A DNA stretch of 64,000 nt, from assembly GCF_030028105.1 (NCBI RefSeq), contig NC_092371.1, forward strand, positions 14,901,884 through 14,965,883. The letters are read 5' to 3'. The stretch is from Mobula birostris (taxonomy: Eukaryota). Of this stretch, positions 1 to 14,271 are shown piece after piece. Each line of letters opens with the position of its first letter. The stretch's first letter is position 1. The notes beneath the pieces were generated by a model. It worked only from the letters and a program-made list of their open reading frames with translations, was not told the DNA's origin and ran no database searches. The position numbers and the translations under genes are program-made.

Positions 1-18
1 CTTGTTCCTAACGCTCAT
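1..18 (-). CDS. Probable start (MSVRNK…) of a paralog of the 38.5-kb leader gene, running off the window's left edge
   Basis: Bases 1-520 are homologous to 38520-38900. The ATG at 18 aligns with the GTG that opens the 38534 leader frame. Confidence 0.35.
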
Positions 19-249
19 GATGTGTTCGACAAGAGAACGATAGCGCCGCCGTTAGGGTAATTTCAGTGCATGCTTCTCATTTTCCAGGTTTGCAGTGGAA
101 ACATTGTTCATTGTTCAAAGCATATTTATTATGAAATTATGTATACATTATTATCCTGAGATTCGCCTCCTAACAGGCAGCCACAAAACAAAGGAACCTA
201 AAAGAACCCATTAAAAGAAGAAGACTGAAAAACAGTTAGTTGAATGCAC

Positions 250-520
250 AATAGAATGAAAACGCGGCACACTGACCGCTTCCCTGGATGTCCAGAGATT
301 TTTCCTTTTCAAATCTGCACTGCATCTGCACGACAACAAGTAATCTAAAAATTATGGTCTGCTGAGTAGTAAATTATACTGGGTATAAAAGATTGGCACT
401 GAAAGGTGAGCACTAATGGTGTGGTGGCGGTCGAACTCAGCCATACACGGGGATGCAGTCAGTAAACCAGCTTCAACAGGGAAACGAAGTGAGATTCGCT
501 TTCCTGCAACACTTATCACA
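250..520 (-). promoter_or_regulatory. Conserved upstream block with RUNX (TGTGGT) and IRF-like (GAAAGCGAA) sites
   Basis: TGTGGT 420-425 and TTCGCTTTC 495-503; both are retained in the paralogous block. Confidence 0.4.
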
Positions 521-2157
521 TCCTGTTTCGCCTCCTACCATCAGGTAGAGTTACCGTACGTAGGACAAGGTCTGTTAGGATGGGAAACAGCTTGTCCCCA
601 CCCCTCTTCCCAAGAGATAACTGAACTCCCTGCCACCAATGTTTCAAAGATCAAAGCGCTATTATTAAAGTATGTATGCTGTATGTAACCTTGAGATTTG
701 TCTTCCCTAGGAAACAAAGAAACACCATGGAACCCGTTTCAAGAAAAGAAAAACATCCACACAATAAATAATATCGAACATCCTAAACGCGAAAAAGAAC
801 AAACCGCCTAAACAACTAAAAGGGAGCAAATAATATGCAGAATATTAAACATCAAATCGCAAGAGTTCCTGACTTGTTCCGGGAGAAACTGCAACCGAGT
901 CAGTTTAGGTCAGCGCTGTGCTGATGCCGCAGGCCACAGCCGCAGAGATATTTCCGCGACAACTCATAAAAAAAGTAAATGTAAAGTAAACAAAAACAGA
1001 CGGAACATGAACTGAACACTTTCCAAAACTGAGTCCACAGCCTTCTGATAATTCCACTGTGAAGCAACTTTAGGACACTTCCGTTTGTGAAATGTTCTCT
1101 CACAACATACTGTAGTTTTGGGCTGGGTACGGTATTTTCTACAACCGACCCGAAGGGCCTTGTTAGAGTCGAGATGGAGAGTGTGTTTCCTATAGTAGGG
1201 GTGTCTAGTACCACTGCCTCGAAATAGAAGGGCATCCCTTTAGAAGAGAGATGATGACGAATTTGCTTAGCAAGAAATCTATGGAATTAATCGCCACAGA
1301 CGGCTGCAGAGGTCCAGTCATAAGGTATGTTTTAAGCAAAAGGCATAGGTTCTTGAATAGTCAGTGTTTCGAAATAAATCCCAGTCCTGAAGAAAAGTCT
1401 CGGCCTGAAACATGAACTGTTTACTCTGTTCCATAGATGCTGCCTAACCTGCCGAGTTCCTCCAGCATTCTCAGTATGTTGCTTTGGCTTTTGAGCATCT
1501 GTAGATTTTCACGTGTTTGCGAGTTATTATTCTGGCCAGACCCCATCGATTTGCACCAAAATAACAGCGCTGCACACTCCTTCCATCCATGTACGTTGTT
1601 CCAAACCTGTCTTTCAACTTAAAATTAAACCCGAATTCATCACTTCCGCTGGGATCTAGTTCCACAGTCTCACCACAGTCTAAGTGAAGAAGTTCCCCTT
1701 CGGGTTCTCCTTAAATATTTACTCTTTCACTCTTAACCTATGATCTCTATTTTAGTGTAACAATCTGGGGAAGTTTTTACTGTTAACGTAATGGTCTTTC
1801 TGTAGAAGCAGTGCTTGGGTTATGGTTAGAGATAACGGGTACTTTGGAATGTGAGCTGTCCGATGAAGGGAGTGTGTTTTCGTATTGTGTGCTTGACACC
1901 GGTGTGAGCTGGGACTTCTGTTCGGCGGGAGATGACGCCGGAGAGAAGAGGTCGTAGGACTCAAACCGGAGCGGAGGCATGATTCGTCGAAGCCCAGGGA
2001 GATTGAAGGAGGATCGGCGAAGGGGACACATCAGCTCCAACTAAAAATGGACCCTTTTCTTTCACTTTCCTTTTTAACCGTTCAGTTGAATTAGAATTAT
2101 AAAGCTAAATCGTTTAATTGTATGCGGTGTACAGTATGTTATCTATGTGGTATTTAT

Positions 2158-2171
2158 TTGTGCGTGTGTGT

Positions 2172-2212
<41 letters not shown>
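2158..2212. repeat. (TG)n microsatellite
   Basis: Direct. Confidence 0.98.
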
Positions 2213-2214
<2 letters not shown>

Positions 2215-2719
2215 ATACATGTGTTGCGATTACGACCAAGATAATAGAACCGATTAGTGTAATCAAACAATGAATGTAGTTGGTCTGTTATGGTACCGAG
2301 GGACAGTGAAAACATACCTTTGTTTCGCGTCCAATGTATATAGATTATCTCGTCACATAAGAAGAACTCCTGTTGATCGCTGGGAACGCCCTCCACACCA
2401 GCCTTCCTGTCCACCCTCATCAACAGCACACGTCACTCCTTCCTCCTTAACCTGCGTACCAAGCTTATCCTTCACTTCAACTTCTTTGCAAATGTTCAGA
2501 AGAAATTCCGAGTGAAAGCGAGTCGCGCTACCTACTGTGTGTGTTCAGGCGAGAAGTTAACCTGAAGGCCGACTATGCTTTGCCACTCCTCTGAAACCAA
2601 GGGAAATTGATTCCTTCCCGAATTTGGAGCCATTATCCATCGATCCAATCCAGTCACCGTTACATAGCCGGTTTGAGGGAGCTTGCTGTGTAAATTTCGT
2701 CGGTGCCTTTTCAACATCA

Positions 2720-3240
2720 CAACCTTGATTACAAGAACCTCCATCGTGTACTTAACAACCTGGCAAGGAATCAACAATCCATCAAGCTCCTCATTAACTA
2801 TACCCAATGACCTGGTTTCCGCAGCCGCCTGTGTCAATGTATTCCGAAGATTTACTACCCTGTGGCTGAAGAAATTTCCCGTCATTTCTGTTCTAAAGTG
2901 ACATCCCACTCTTCTGAGACTGTGCCCGCTGGGCCTAGACGGTCCCACTCTGGGAAACCTCCTCTCCTCATCCATTCTTTCTTGACCTTTCAATATTCGA
3001 TAGGATTTAGTCACATCACCCCTCATTCTTTTACACTCCAGCGAGTATATTCCCGGAGAAATCAACACTCCTTATATATTAACCGTTGCACTAATGGGAT
3101 CATTCCTGTGAACCTCCTCTGGACTCTGCAACGCTAATATATGCTTTCATAAATATGGGAGATGAAATCTGCTCACAATACTCGAAGAGCGGTTTGACCA
3201 ATGAATTATAAAGTCTCTGCATTATATTCTTGCCTTTAGA
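2720..3240 (-). mobile_element. CR1 3' fragment
   Basis: RMRGDVTKSYRILKG…GHSLR…NFFSHRVVNL. Confidence 0.85.
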
Positions 3241-3484
3241 TTTTCGCTGATTACCTCTAGTTTAAATATCCACCGCCCTCGCCCACACCCGCTTACAACA
3301 CAGCCATCCCCATTTGGAAATAACAGCAACGACCTTATCGACCACATTCAGGTTTAAAATTAACCCCGATAAGGTCGCGGCCCCCACCACCTGGTCTCTT
3401 TCCTTCTCTGGAAAAAGGCCTCCTGGCCTAATTAGAGCATAGTACTCAAAGTGTGATCTGACAGCTGCGAGTAGACTGCATTAT

Positions 3485-3760
3485 TATGTGTTTGCAAACC
3501 CAGTCCATCTGCATATACTTGGTACCACGTAAACAGGAAACCCGCAGCGCGCCTCTGCCTGTTTACAATACAACCGAACGTTTATTAATAAGCATTGCAT
3601 TTGCTTTTCATCAATAACAAAGGATCTCACCCCTCCCTTGCATCGACCTCACAACCCAATGAACCCGCGTCTGTGATTAACTTGTACGGTTTAACTCGGT
3701 CACGAACAATAAGATGTTTCGCGCATTTTGCGCTCTCTTACCTACTGCAAGGGGAAGGAC
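3485..3760 (+). promoter_or_regulatory. Promoter module (GTAAACAGGAAACC) with decayed leader exon
   Basis: Motif at 3529-3542. ATG at 3714 is followed by a frameshifted ALSYLLQ G and a donor changed to GGGAAGG. Confidence 0.35.
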
Positions 3761-4819
3761 CCGAATTTTGAGAGGAGAAGGGTTAAGCAACTAATTTAGA
3801 GGGAATTCAGAAGAAATTCTGCTGAATTAATAAGGTTTCTAATAAGAGGGCAAGAATTCAAGGTGAAAGGGGGTAATTTCAAAGGATATATGAGGGGCCT
3901 GGAATGCACTAGGGTGATAGTACAGGCAGACACATTTGGGACTTTTAAAGGAAGTTTAAATAAGCGCATGGATGTGAGGAAAATGGATAGTATGTAGACA
4001 GAAGAGATTAGGTGACCATTCATTACTAATTTAATTGGTTCGGCACAACGTTGTGAGTCGAAGGGCCTGTCATTGAGCTCTATGTGCTATGTGCTGAGTT
4101 CTCAGTTTTGTTTAACTGCAGATGGTCGATAATCCGAGAAGGTAGAGTTAGGAAGGTAGATTACTCGAGAGTGAAGGTGTGGTAAATTTCTTCTTACTCC
4201 ACCGGGCAATGCAGTAATTGAGGGATGTCCAATGGTGTTTTAAGAAAGGGATTTGGATAGAACTAAGGGAATGGGCAGCAGGTAATGCAACTAATTGTTC
4301 AGATTGAGACTACTCCCCCTTCTATGTCCAAAGCGGTTCTGAAAAGCTACGCTACCGTGCCTCCATAAAATAGACAACCATGGTAAATGAAGGCTCACCC
4401 GGATAAATTTAAGGCGATGTGTTTGGATTCTAAAGAATAGACACAAGGAAAAGCAGTAACCAAGGAAACAGGGAGACTGGGTGGTGAGGCAAACATACCA
4501 AATACTTGTCCTCAAGTGCCGTGTAATAGAATTTAAGAGCAAGGAAGCACGTACAGTATATTCAATCTGGGCAACACATTAACCAGGCCAAAATTGGAAT
4601 ATCGTGTGCAAATTCTGGACTTTATATTATAGCAAGGGTGCGATTTCGCTGGAGTGGATGCAGAGGGGATTCACCAACTTTGTATCTTCGACGGTCCCGA
4701 ATACTCACTGCCTCATCATAAAAGGCTCAATACGGATTTTTAAGATGAGGCCAAGAGAGGTTTTTAACTAAGTAGCTAGGAATAACACTGGACTGTATCT
4801 AAGGGAATGAAGTTGGTGA

Positions 4820-5760
4820 TACGACCATACGACATCGGAGCAGGATTAGGCCATTCGGCTCATCGAATCTATTCTGTCATTCCATTCACGTCTGATTTTT
4901 TTCCACCTCAAATCCATTATCCTGCTTTCTTTCCGTAACCTTTGACGTCCTTACTAATTAAGAAGCTATCAATCTCCACTTTAAATACATCCAACAACTT
5001 CGCCTCCATCGCAACCTTCGCCAATGAGTTACACAGATTCAACACCCTCTGGACAGTCTGTTTGAAGAAGTTGCAGTGGGGAGCGGTTTTTGAATAATAG
5101 AACCATTGAACCATAGAAACTTACGCACAGAAACAGGTCTTTTGGCCCTTCTTGGTTGTGCCGAACCATTTTCTGCCTAGTCCCACTGACCTGCATACGG
5201 ACCATATCCCTCCATACACCTCCCATCCGTGTATCTGTCCAATTTATTCTTAAATGTTAAAAAAGTACCCGCATTTACCACCTCGTCTGGCAGTTCATTC
5301 CATACTCCCACCACTCTCTGTGTGAAGAAGCCCTCCCTAATGATCCCTTTAACCTTTTCCCCCCTCACCCTTAACCCATGCCCTCTGTTTTTTTTCTCCC
5401 CTTGCCTCAGTGGAAAAAGCCTGCTTGCATTCACTCTATCTATACCCAGCATAATTTTATATACCTCTACCAAATCTCCCCTCATTCTTCTACGCTCCAG
5501 GGAATAAAGTCCTAACCTATTCAACCTTTCTCTGTAACTGAGTATCTCAAGTCCTGGCAACATCCTTGTAAACCTTCTCTGCACTCTTTCAACCTTATTT
5601 ATATCCTTCCTGTAATTTGGTGGCCAAAACTGAACATAATACTCCAGATTCGGCCTCACCAATGCCTTATACAACCTCATCATAACATTCCAGCTCTTAT
5701 ACTCAATACTTTGATTAATAAAGGCCAATGTACCAATCTCTTTACAACCATATCTACCTA
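4820..5760 (-). mobile_element. Two adjacent CR1 3' fragments
   Basis: LYKALVRPNLEY…ERVQRRFTRM…RRMRGDLVEVYK…FFTQRVV (ORF 5177-5728). Confidence 0.92.
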
Positions 5761-6849
5761 TGATGCTACTTTTAGGGAATTTTGTATCTGTATTCCTTAT
5801 CTGATGCGGTTTGGGATTTAATTCTTCAGTCAGTCAACTCAACCTCGCTATGTGCTCGCGACTTCCTTTTGCATTTTAAGGTTGCGCACAAGGCTCATAT
5901 GTCCAAAACTAAATTATGGCGGTTTTAACTTTATGAGTTTTGGAGATCAGTTCATCTTCTACTCACACAACTACTCACAGTAACAGAAATTTTGACCAGG
6001 GGTGCTCCAACTTTTGCGTACAACTGTATATTGACATTGATTGATGGTTGGTTAACGGAAATAGAACATTTTCAACTTAAGGTGACAAGTTTATAACCAA
6101 TGTTCAAGGTACAAAGAAAATAAAATGTACTGCAACGCGGAAAAAAATTTAAGGACATGCACAGTGGTAATAAAATTTTAAATGAACAAAGGCTGAAAGA
6201 TGTTGATGTGCCAGGGGTCCTAAGAGTTCATTGTACACAAATCATTGAAAGTTAAAGTTCAGGTATAAGAGTCTGCCTGCTTTTGTTGCAAGGATTTGAT
6301 TACAAGGTTAGAGTTAGGACTAAGGCAATGTCTACGGTCTTTAGAAGAATTGTTTGTTAGCTCACAAGACTTACAAAATGATTGTTTCAGGCCTGACGGG
6401 TTTCAGGCTGAGTTAATGATTTTCTTAATGGACGTACCTGGAACCACGGCCACGCTTTAAAAATAGGGTCGACCATTTAGGACTGAGCTGAGAGAAAATC
6501 TTCTCAACGGGACCGTAATAAAACTCCAAAATTTTCTACGCGTATGGTTCTGGAGTCGTAGTATCTGCTCATATTTGTGACCGAATGGGTCGATTTTTTG
6601 ATTTTAGATGGAAAGGCGGGTATGGGATTAATATAGAAAAATTGCACTGAGTTACCAAGCCAACTAATTTCTTATTGGAAGGGAATAGGGATGTAGAGTA
6701 TGAGTGTTGCAGTTACAAAAAAATGCAGAGCAGATTGAAAACTAATGTACAAGGGCCACACGGCCGCGAGAGCAAATGAAAGTGGCATGAAACCTCCTAT
6801 TTCTTGTCTGATTCGCACAACGCTGTCCACACGAGTGTTCATCGTCATG

Positions 6850-7103
6850 TATCGCAGAACAACCTTTGCAGATGGACGCACTTACTGACGTTTAAACCGT
6901 AAACGGGAAACCTGAAGCGTGAATTGGCACTGCGCAGGACTTGTCACACAGCTGCTTTAAACGCGTGACTTAACTTCAGCAACTGACCGTATTTCGGTTC
7001 TCCTCCGAGCCTACGGATATCTCGGCAATCACGAACGCGCAATTCGCTGTGACCGCTGCAAATTGTTTTACAAGGGCCTACGTCCTGATCTTTCTCCTTC
7101 CAA
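6850..7103 (+). promoter_or_regulatory. Promoter module and ATG-less leader remnant, paralog of 62750-62990
   Basis: GTAAACGGGAAACC at 6899-6912; leader-like RAYVLIFLLP ends at donor A|GTTAGT; alignable to the 62.8-kb copy. Confidence 0.45.
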
Positions 7104-7259
7104 GTTAGTCTTCGTTGCTTCGAAACTGGGGCGCAATTCTGGCGCCAGATCTTGGAAGTGATTGATTTCAGACCGTGGTTACCAACCTTAGTTATGCCGT
7201 GGACCCCAACCTGTAACTGAGGAGTTCGTAGACCCAAGGTTGGGATCCACTACATTCAG

Positions 7260-8036
7260 GAAATACCGGTTCATGAGAAATTATTCATGCACAGCAAGTG
7301 CACCTTGATCAGACCCGCAGGGTGCTGGCCTGATGCCTTGTTCCAAGCACAGGTGGGACAGGCATATATAGAGTCGCGGACATCCTGGGACATAAATGGC
7401 CAATAAATTGTTTCTTTGTAAATTGCTGGGTCCGTTGAATTCCTGGATGTCCAGCCAGACGGGAGGAGTGACCCCATTCGAAAACTTGGGAACGCACTGC
7501 AGCAGGGACAAACAGGCGGTACGGAGGTCCCCCACCGGGGCCTCGGTCCGACTGTTGGACTGCAGTCATCTCTGCCACTTCCCCAGTCACCGGAAGGGCA
7601 ATGTACGAGCGAGGAATAATGGGCTCAGATCGGCAATGTCCTCAGATAAAGCGAACTGCCGGGACGAAAGGTGAGGATGAAACTAAACCGCGTAAATAAG
7701 AGTCTCCACCGGCCTTGACGAGAGTTGATTCTCTTTACATCCTGAATGTAGAAGAGGTTCTTCTGAAATGTCTAGCTCAAGAACTGATGCTCTGTCCCGT
7801 CCAGACAGTGTCGCCATTCCTCCTGGCCCCTCTTGACAGCCAGAATTTCTCGGTTACCGGCATCGTAGTTGCTCTCGGCCGGAGTCAAATGACAGGAAAG
7901 AAAGGCACAAGGCACTAAGGTGCAGCCGGATATCCGCAGAAGGGTTTTGAGAGAGGACAGCTCCAATGCCGACATCGAATGCATCGACTTCGACTATGAA
8001 TGGCTTTGAAGGGTCTGGCTGTTGCAGTACCGGCAC
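7260..8036 (-). mobile_element. Ty3/Gypsy pol fragment (RNase H to integrase zinc finger)
   Basis: [54 protein letters not shown]. Confidence 0.9.
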
Positions 8037-8414
8037 AATGGTGAATTGTGTTAAGTACCATCACAAAGAATTAATAATCAGCTTACACCTGCATTTTCAC
8101 GAGCGCAATTGCTGTATCTGCGGCGTTGCCGAATCCGTGGTTGTGACACAGGCAAAGCAGTCCCCAGAATACATCGGCAAGGAGTGCTGTCGCAGGGAAA
8201 CAGATTCCACCATCAACAACCGCGCCAATCAGGCTAGGATTTCTTCTTGCTGCTGCCACTGGAAAGAGATACATAAGCCTCAGATCCTACACCGGCAGAT
8301 TCATGAGCAGTTATTATCCTTCAATTATTAGGTTCCTGAATCCCAAAGTGAACTGATTCCTCAAACTCTGGGATCACTTTCAAGGGCTTCTCCATTTGTG
8401 AATTCTATGTCTGT

Positions 8415-8495
8415 ACGTATGTATGTATGTATGTATGTATGTATGTATTTATCTATCTATCTATCTGTGTATCTATCTATCTATCTGTCTATCCA
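8415..8495. repeat. (TATG)n/(TATC)n microsatellite
   Basis: Direct. Confidence 0.95.
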
Positions 8496-11400
8496 TCGAT
8501 CTCCCTGGGTGGCAACAATTGATGTCTTTCGTACATTGGTTGTTTGTCCGCCTTTGTTTCTGTGCAGACTTAGAGTGATTCTATTATGTTTCTTTTATTT
8601 ACTATGATGAAAATGAATCTCGGGGTATTATACAATGACATTTATGTACTTAATATAATTATGGCTTGTAGTCCCAGTTCTGCAACGATTTTCAGGGCCG
8701 TGTCGTTTACTCTGGTTTAATTTTTCCATAATAAACAAGCAGGCAAAAAATAAACACCGTGGACACCAGCCATCCAGCGATCAGCCCTTTTAAAAAGCTC
8801 CTAGAAAAATTCCATATGGCTATTAAAACAAAAACCACACATCATTTTAAAAGTTCCCCCTCCAGGTATTTAATCTACTCAACAATTCTGATTAGCCCGT
8901 CCCCTCTACCTATTACCCCCGTCACTGCACTGCTTTACAGCCCCTTGATCATCTTCGCATGAAGGTGTTTATAATTGCAATTGAGCCTTGATTCTTTCCA
9001 AAATACATCACCTTTCATTTACGTTTCACCTGCCATTCCTTTGCCCGCTTTTTGTTGCAGCCCCGGAGAGCCCTCTTCATTCTCTGCCACACTGCCAATT
9101 TCAGTGCCATTAAGTATATTTACTAGCCATGCCACCTACCTTGTCATTCAAACTATTAAAGTGACAAACAGCAGTAGGCCCAGAACTGATCCCCGCTGCG
9201 TACCACTGGCTATTGTTCTCCAGTCTCAATAACAGCCTTTCCTAACTTCTTCCACCAGGTCAATTTCGTATCCGGTTGGCCAATTCATTTTGGACCCAAT
9301 ATGATTTCACTTTCCAAATCAGCCCACCATGCAACAATTACTGAATGATTTTTCACGACATAACTAATGAATATAGTGTTTGAATTCTTTTGCAGAGAAC
9401 TTAAGGACCAATATACTTCAGGAGCTTTAAGTGCCTAATAAAAATTCCAGACCAGGTAAAGTGAAACCACTTGATTTGACAGTCGTAATATCGAATAACA
9501 TTAGACCCGGACTCCGACGTGAGGTAATGTTGGGTTGATTTGGAAGGTGAAATCGCAGTATCACGTACTACGATATTCCATTACAGTATTGCTACTTCGG
9601 GATCTTTTGCACTACCTAGATTGCACTACTAACGAATCAGAATCAGAATCGGGTTTAATATCAAAGCAGGCAATTTGGATGTTCTACTGCAGCATAAAAC
9701 GCAACACGTAAAAACACGATAAATTATTTAAAATATAATTTAAATTTCAATTAATTAAGTCGTGCAAAAACAGAGCAAAAATAGTGAGGTTGTGTTTATG
9801 AGTCTGTTCATTGTCTGTCAGAAATCTGACGGTGGTGGGGATTAAATTGGTCATAAAAGTTTGATGTGTATCGTTCGGCTGTTGTATCTCCTCCCTGACT
9901 GTAGCATTTACACATACTATACTGCATTTTTCAGTTAGTTATACACTTGTTTATTCTACTTTTAAGAATCTTTGCCCCTTAATGGCCCTTTCAGAACGTA
10001 TTTTTCTAACTGTCCTGAGGAAGTTGTGAAGCATTTGCCCAGGTAATTTATATTAACTGTAATAATTTGATGTTCCAACACCAAACTTCGTGGTACCATA
10101 TTTGTTATTTATTATTTCGAACCACGCCCGAAGTATGTCTACTTCACGGTATCCATAACTTCATTCACTCCTCTTGAAAACACCATGGCCATCATCCCGT
10201 ATGAATACAGGGAGATCCCTTTAGTACAAAGACGAGAAGGAATTTATCTAGCCAGAGAGTGGACGTTGATAGCCTCCTGATTAGTAAGGGCGTCAAAGGT
10301 TACGGGGAGAAGGCAGAGGAATAGGATTGAGAAGGATAATAAATTAACCATGGTGGGATGGTGGGGAAGACTTAATGAGTCAAATGGTCCAATTCTGCTC
10401 CGATGTATTGTGATCTTAAGTTGCTACCTTTACTTCTTTACTTGGTTCACCGCTGAAACAAATCAGAATTTAGTGCTACAGCAGATGGTTGAAGGGGTAA
10501 TGGGCCCATCCCTGCCCCGTGACATTCTGGCGATGCTCTCTGTTTTCTCTCGCAGTCTTCCTACTCTAATCTGATTCGATAGCGAGAGGGCAGTAGGAAG
10601 AGAGGATTTCACCATCCGGATATGACGTGCAGTAGCAGGTCTTCTTTCGGGAAAGGCAGTCAGTGACAGTTCCAGCCGCACGATGCTGATTTTCAGCGGC
10701 CTCCCGGGAGTCATGGCCATGAAGATATCAATCCGCTACAGATAAGATGCATGTCTTTCCCGGTGTCTCCGAACTTATCTGAGCTAAACAAATGTAAGCA
10801 ATTCCAAACATACCGAATTGAGAAACTATCTGACCTGCCTTATATACTAGGTTCCTGGAGCATCAACTGGCGGCATCTCTGAAGCAATTTCTTCGACAAC
10901 TATGGAAAACATATTTCAAGAGGAATATTCAGTCATATTTTCCAGACATGGGTTATTGTGAATGCTTTTTTAAAATCCTGATTTATCATTTCTGGTTTTC
11001 TTAAACTGATCTATTTAATTTTACTTTATATCTATGTAGAAAAATTTGGCTTGTAAATTCAAGACTTTTAAGAAGAACTCAGTTACAATGTACAATAAAA
11101 CACATTGAACAACTAGAGCGTTGCTGTTAGGAGATGCAAAAGAATGTTGACCCAAAAGCAGATTCAGCGATGAAACATAACTTTAATAATAGGCCGCATA
11201 ATAGCAAGTCACAACGGTCCACAAAACGAGAGGAAACAGAAACACAACAGGCAACGTGCTATACTTTAGCCGGGGAGAGTAAAAGCTAGGGGCGACTGGA
11301 TGAAGTCGACTCGTTCGATGAGTGATTAAATACTATGGATGAGAAGTGGGAATAAATGGTCTGCAGGTGAGGAGTCTGGAAGCAGTGGCAGGATAATCCA

Positions 11401-13069
11401 ATTAACTGCGTGGAAAATGCGAGGTGCCTGCATGTGCAGGCTGAGAGGTATCAGTGTGGGCAGGCCGGAAAGTTACATGGTTTATCCAACTACAACTGAG
11501 CAAAGGCACAGCAACAATTCACAGGTCAAAGATGTGTGGTTAAAAATCTGACAAATGATTAACAGGTCAGATCTGAAAATGAGACGTTCAATGCCCACTG
11601 GTGTATATTATCCTATAAACCCGCTTTCCCAGTATAGAGTTTACAATGTGTATCCAAAGTGTATTCTCCTGGCGTAAGGTTCTCGAAATGACGATCTGGA
11701 CAGACGGGTTTTTCAACTCAACTTTTGTAAAGGATTGTATAAAGCCGTGTCATTTAATTCGGTAAGAACAACTAAAAGCTGTCATGCCCTCGTCTCATTG
11801 TTATCATCAAGGAGAAGCTACAGGAGTCTGAAGAGACATCCAACGTTTCAGGAAGAGGTTGTTCCCTCTGCCGTCAGATATCTGGATGGGCAGCGAACCC
11901 ATCAGACTACCTCAGTATTTTCCCTCTCTTTTTGCACGACTTATTCAATTTTCTCTCTACTTCTTATTGTAGTTTTTAGCTTTTATTACCATATACTGCA
12001 ATTTTGTGCTGCTGCAAAACAACATCTGGCAATGATGTTAAACCTGACTATGTCTCTGAGTTTTAAGGCTGTGCTAATTCAGACCTTTACAACGTTGCTT
12101 GAATTGACAAAGAAAGCTCTGAAGTGCGGAGGTGGAGGGGGGGCCACACGAAAGAGCGGCGATGTGGGAGAGGAAAGGCTAGAGCAGAATGGGCGAAGGT
12201 ACGGAGGGTGCTTGAAACCTCTACTTTTAACGGATGCTGCTTAAGAAGGCACAGAATGAGTGAAATACTTACACAGTGAAAACACATCATGGAAGAAACA
12301 CAAGAAACTTAGTTTGATTACAGTCAGTAGACGCCCTGCTTTAGACCCACAAATATTTTTCACACTTATTGGAAGTGTGGGATGATTTAGTTCAAATTCA
12401 AGTTCTATTTAGAGTCATTTAATCTTACACGTGTTTGCGGCTAAACGAGAATGCTTTCCTCCAAGACAAGCTGCGTCTCAACACAATACATATAACTCAC
12501 ACACTGCACCTAAAATAATATTTCCAAAAATAAAGTAAATGCCAGCAGATTAATATTTAGTCAATCATCACTTCATTACTGATTCCCAAAAGGCTTCGCT
12601 TTGCTGATTTCCCTTCAGCCGAGGCTCGGTGTGGTGCTGCTGATAAGACGAGGGTATCAAGTCTGAGCCAGAAGATGGAGGTCTGGGGAAATCCGTAGAT
12701 GTTGAGAGGTTTTCTCCAGGTGGACCTAAGTCACACGATGGCCGACAGGACGTTTCATCGGACTGCTCCGACTATCCTGCGGTTCCCTTAATTTTCACAG
12801 TTCATAAAAAAAAAGTTCAGCATCAGATTTTAAAGAACCAGTTATTCCGGCATTGTTTGCCGTTTTCACATTTCTTTCTAGCCTCAGAAACAAAGAATTC
12901 CATTACGTCACTCCCGAAACTCTGTCTATGCTTCCTCCGATTAGAGGGAACCTAACTACCGGGAAATTGTTTCAAATGACTACTAATATATTGAAAACCA
13001 ATCAAATAATTTATTACTCTTCTAACTATAGAGTTAATTTCCAAATGTTCAAGGGGACACGAGAGCCGT

Positions 13070-13680
13070 ACAGAAACTTCAAACCCAGTTTGAGGAATGC
13101 TTCATGGAAAATGTCTCAGGTATTATTTGGTCAGATTGCACTTGGTACATTGTTAGCAGTTTTGGGCCCCTTATCAAGGAAAGAATGTGCTGGCATTGGA
13201 GACAATTCAGAGGATGTTGACGAGAATGATTTTGGTTATGAAAGGGTTACCATATGAGGATCGTTTGATGGCTGCAGTTTTGTAGAATGAAGGGTATCTC
13301 AGTGAAACATGTTGAACAATTAAAGGTCCAGGAAGAGTGGATGTGGAGGAAAGAATGTTCCCTATGGTGGGGAAATCTAAGACCAAAGGTACAACCTCTG
13401 AATGGAAGGGCGTCCCTCTAGAACCGAGATGAAGAGATATTTGTTTATCCAAGGCGTGGTGAATCTATGGAATTCATTACGACGGACAATTGTGAAGGCC
13501 AAATTTTGTGTATATTTCAAAACGGGGTTTGATAGTTTCTTGATTAGTGAGGGTGTCAAATGAAGGCAGAAGAATGGTGTTGAGAGGGAAAATTAATCGG
13601 CAGTGATGGATTAACAGAGCAAAGTCGGCGGTCCGGATGGCTTAATCTGTTCCTATGCCATGTGGTCTTATGGTTCATGG
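13070..13680 (+). mobile_element. CR1 3' fragment
   Basis: Degenerate RT C-terminus and 3' UTR typical of CR1. Confidence 0.8.
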
Positions 13681-14271
13681 TCTAAAAGCACGCTGCATTC
13701 CCTAAACGGACGAAGACATCTTCATCAGATGTGGGCGCACAACTTCTCCAAATACTTCGGGAGGCTGCCAAGTGCCGGTTTCTACAGCTCAAGATCAAGA
13801 GACAAGGTTGTTTATTGTCATTCGTCAGCACATGAATTTATATATAGAACAAAACGTTTATTGCTCCAGATGCGAAGCAGCAAGAAAGCATAATAAGCAT
13901 AATGAACACAATACAACCGCAAAGAAGCGCAATAAATAAAGGCAATCCTCTAAAACGCAACGTACAATATCTGCAGCGTAATTTAAAACCACAAGTGGAA
14001 TAACTCCTAGAATGATCATTAATTAATGCAATAGAGTATTTTTAATCACATTCTAAATATATATAATTCATACAAAGATAAAAATCAAGATGATAATAAA
14101 GAGAGAAGCTTTGAAATGGGACTGATTGCAAACTATAAAAAGCCTCTGTTCTTCACTAAAGGATTAGAAAATGCCTGAATCGCGATATCAATGCTCGTCC
14201 AGCACTTTATTTACATAATAAACGAGCCTATACAAATCCTCTCAATCCCGAAGCATCAGGTCTTGAGTTGT

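Noticed and set aside
10463-10735. Minus-strand 90-codon exon-like ORF (RIDIFMAMTPGR…)
   Set aside because: No domain or motif recognised, no link to neighbouring exons, and it overlaps an equally weak + strand candidate.
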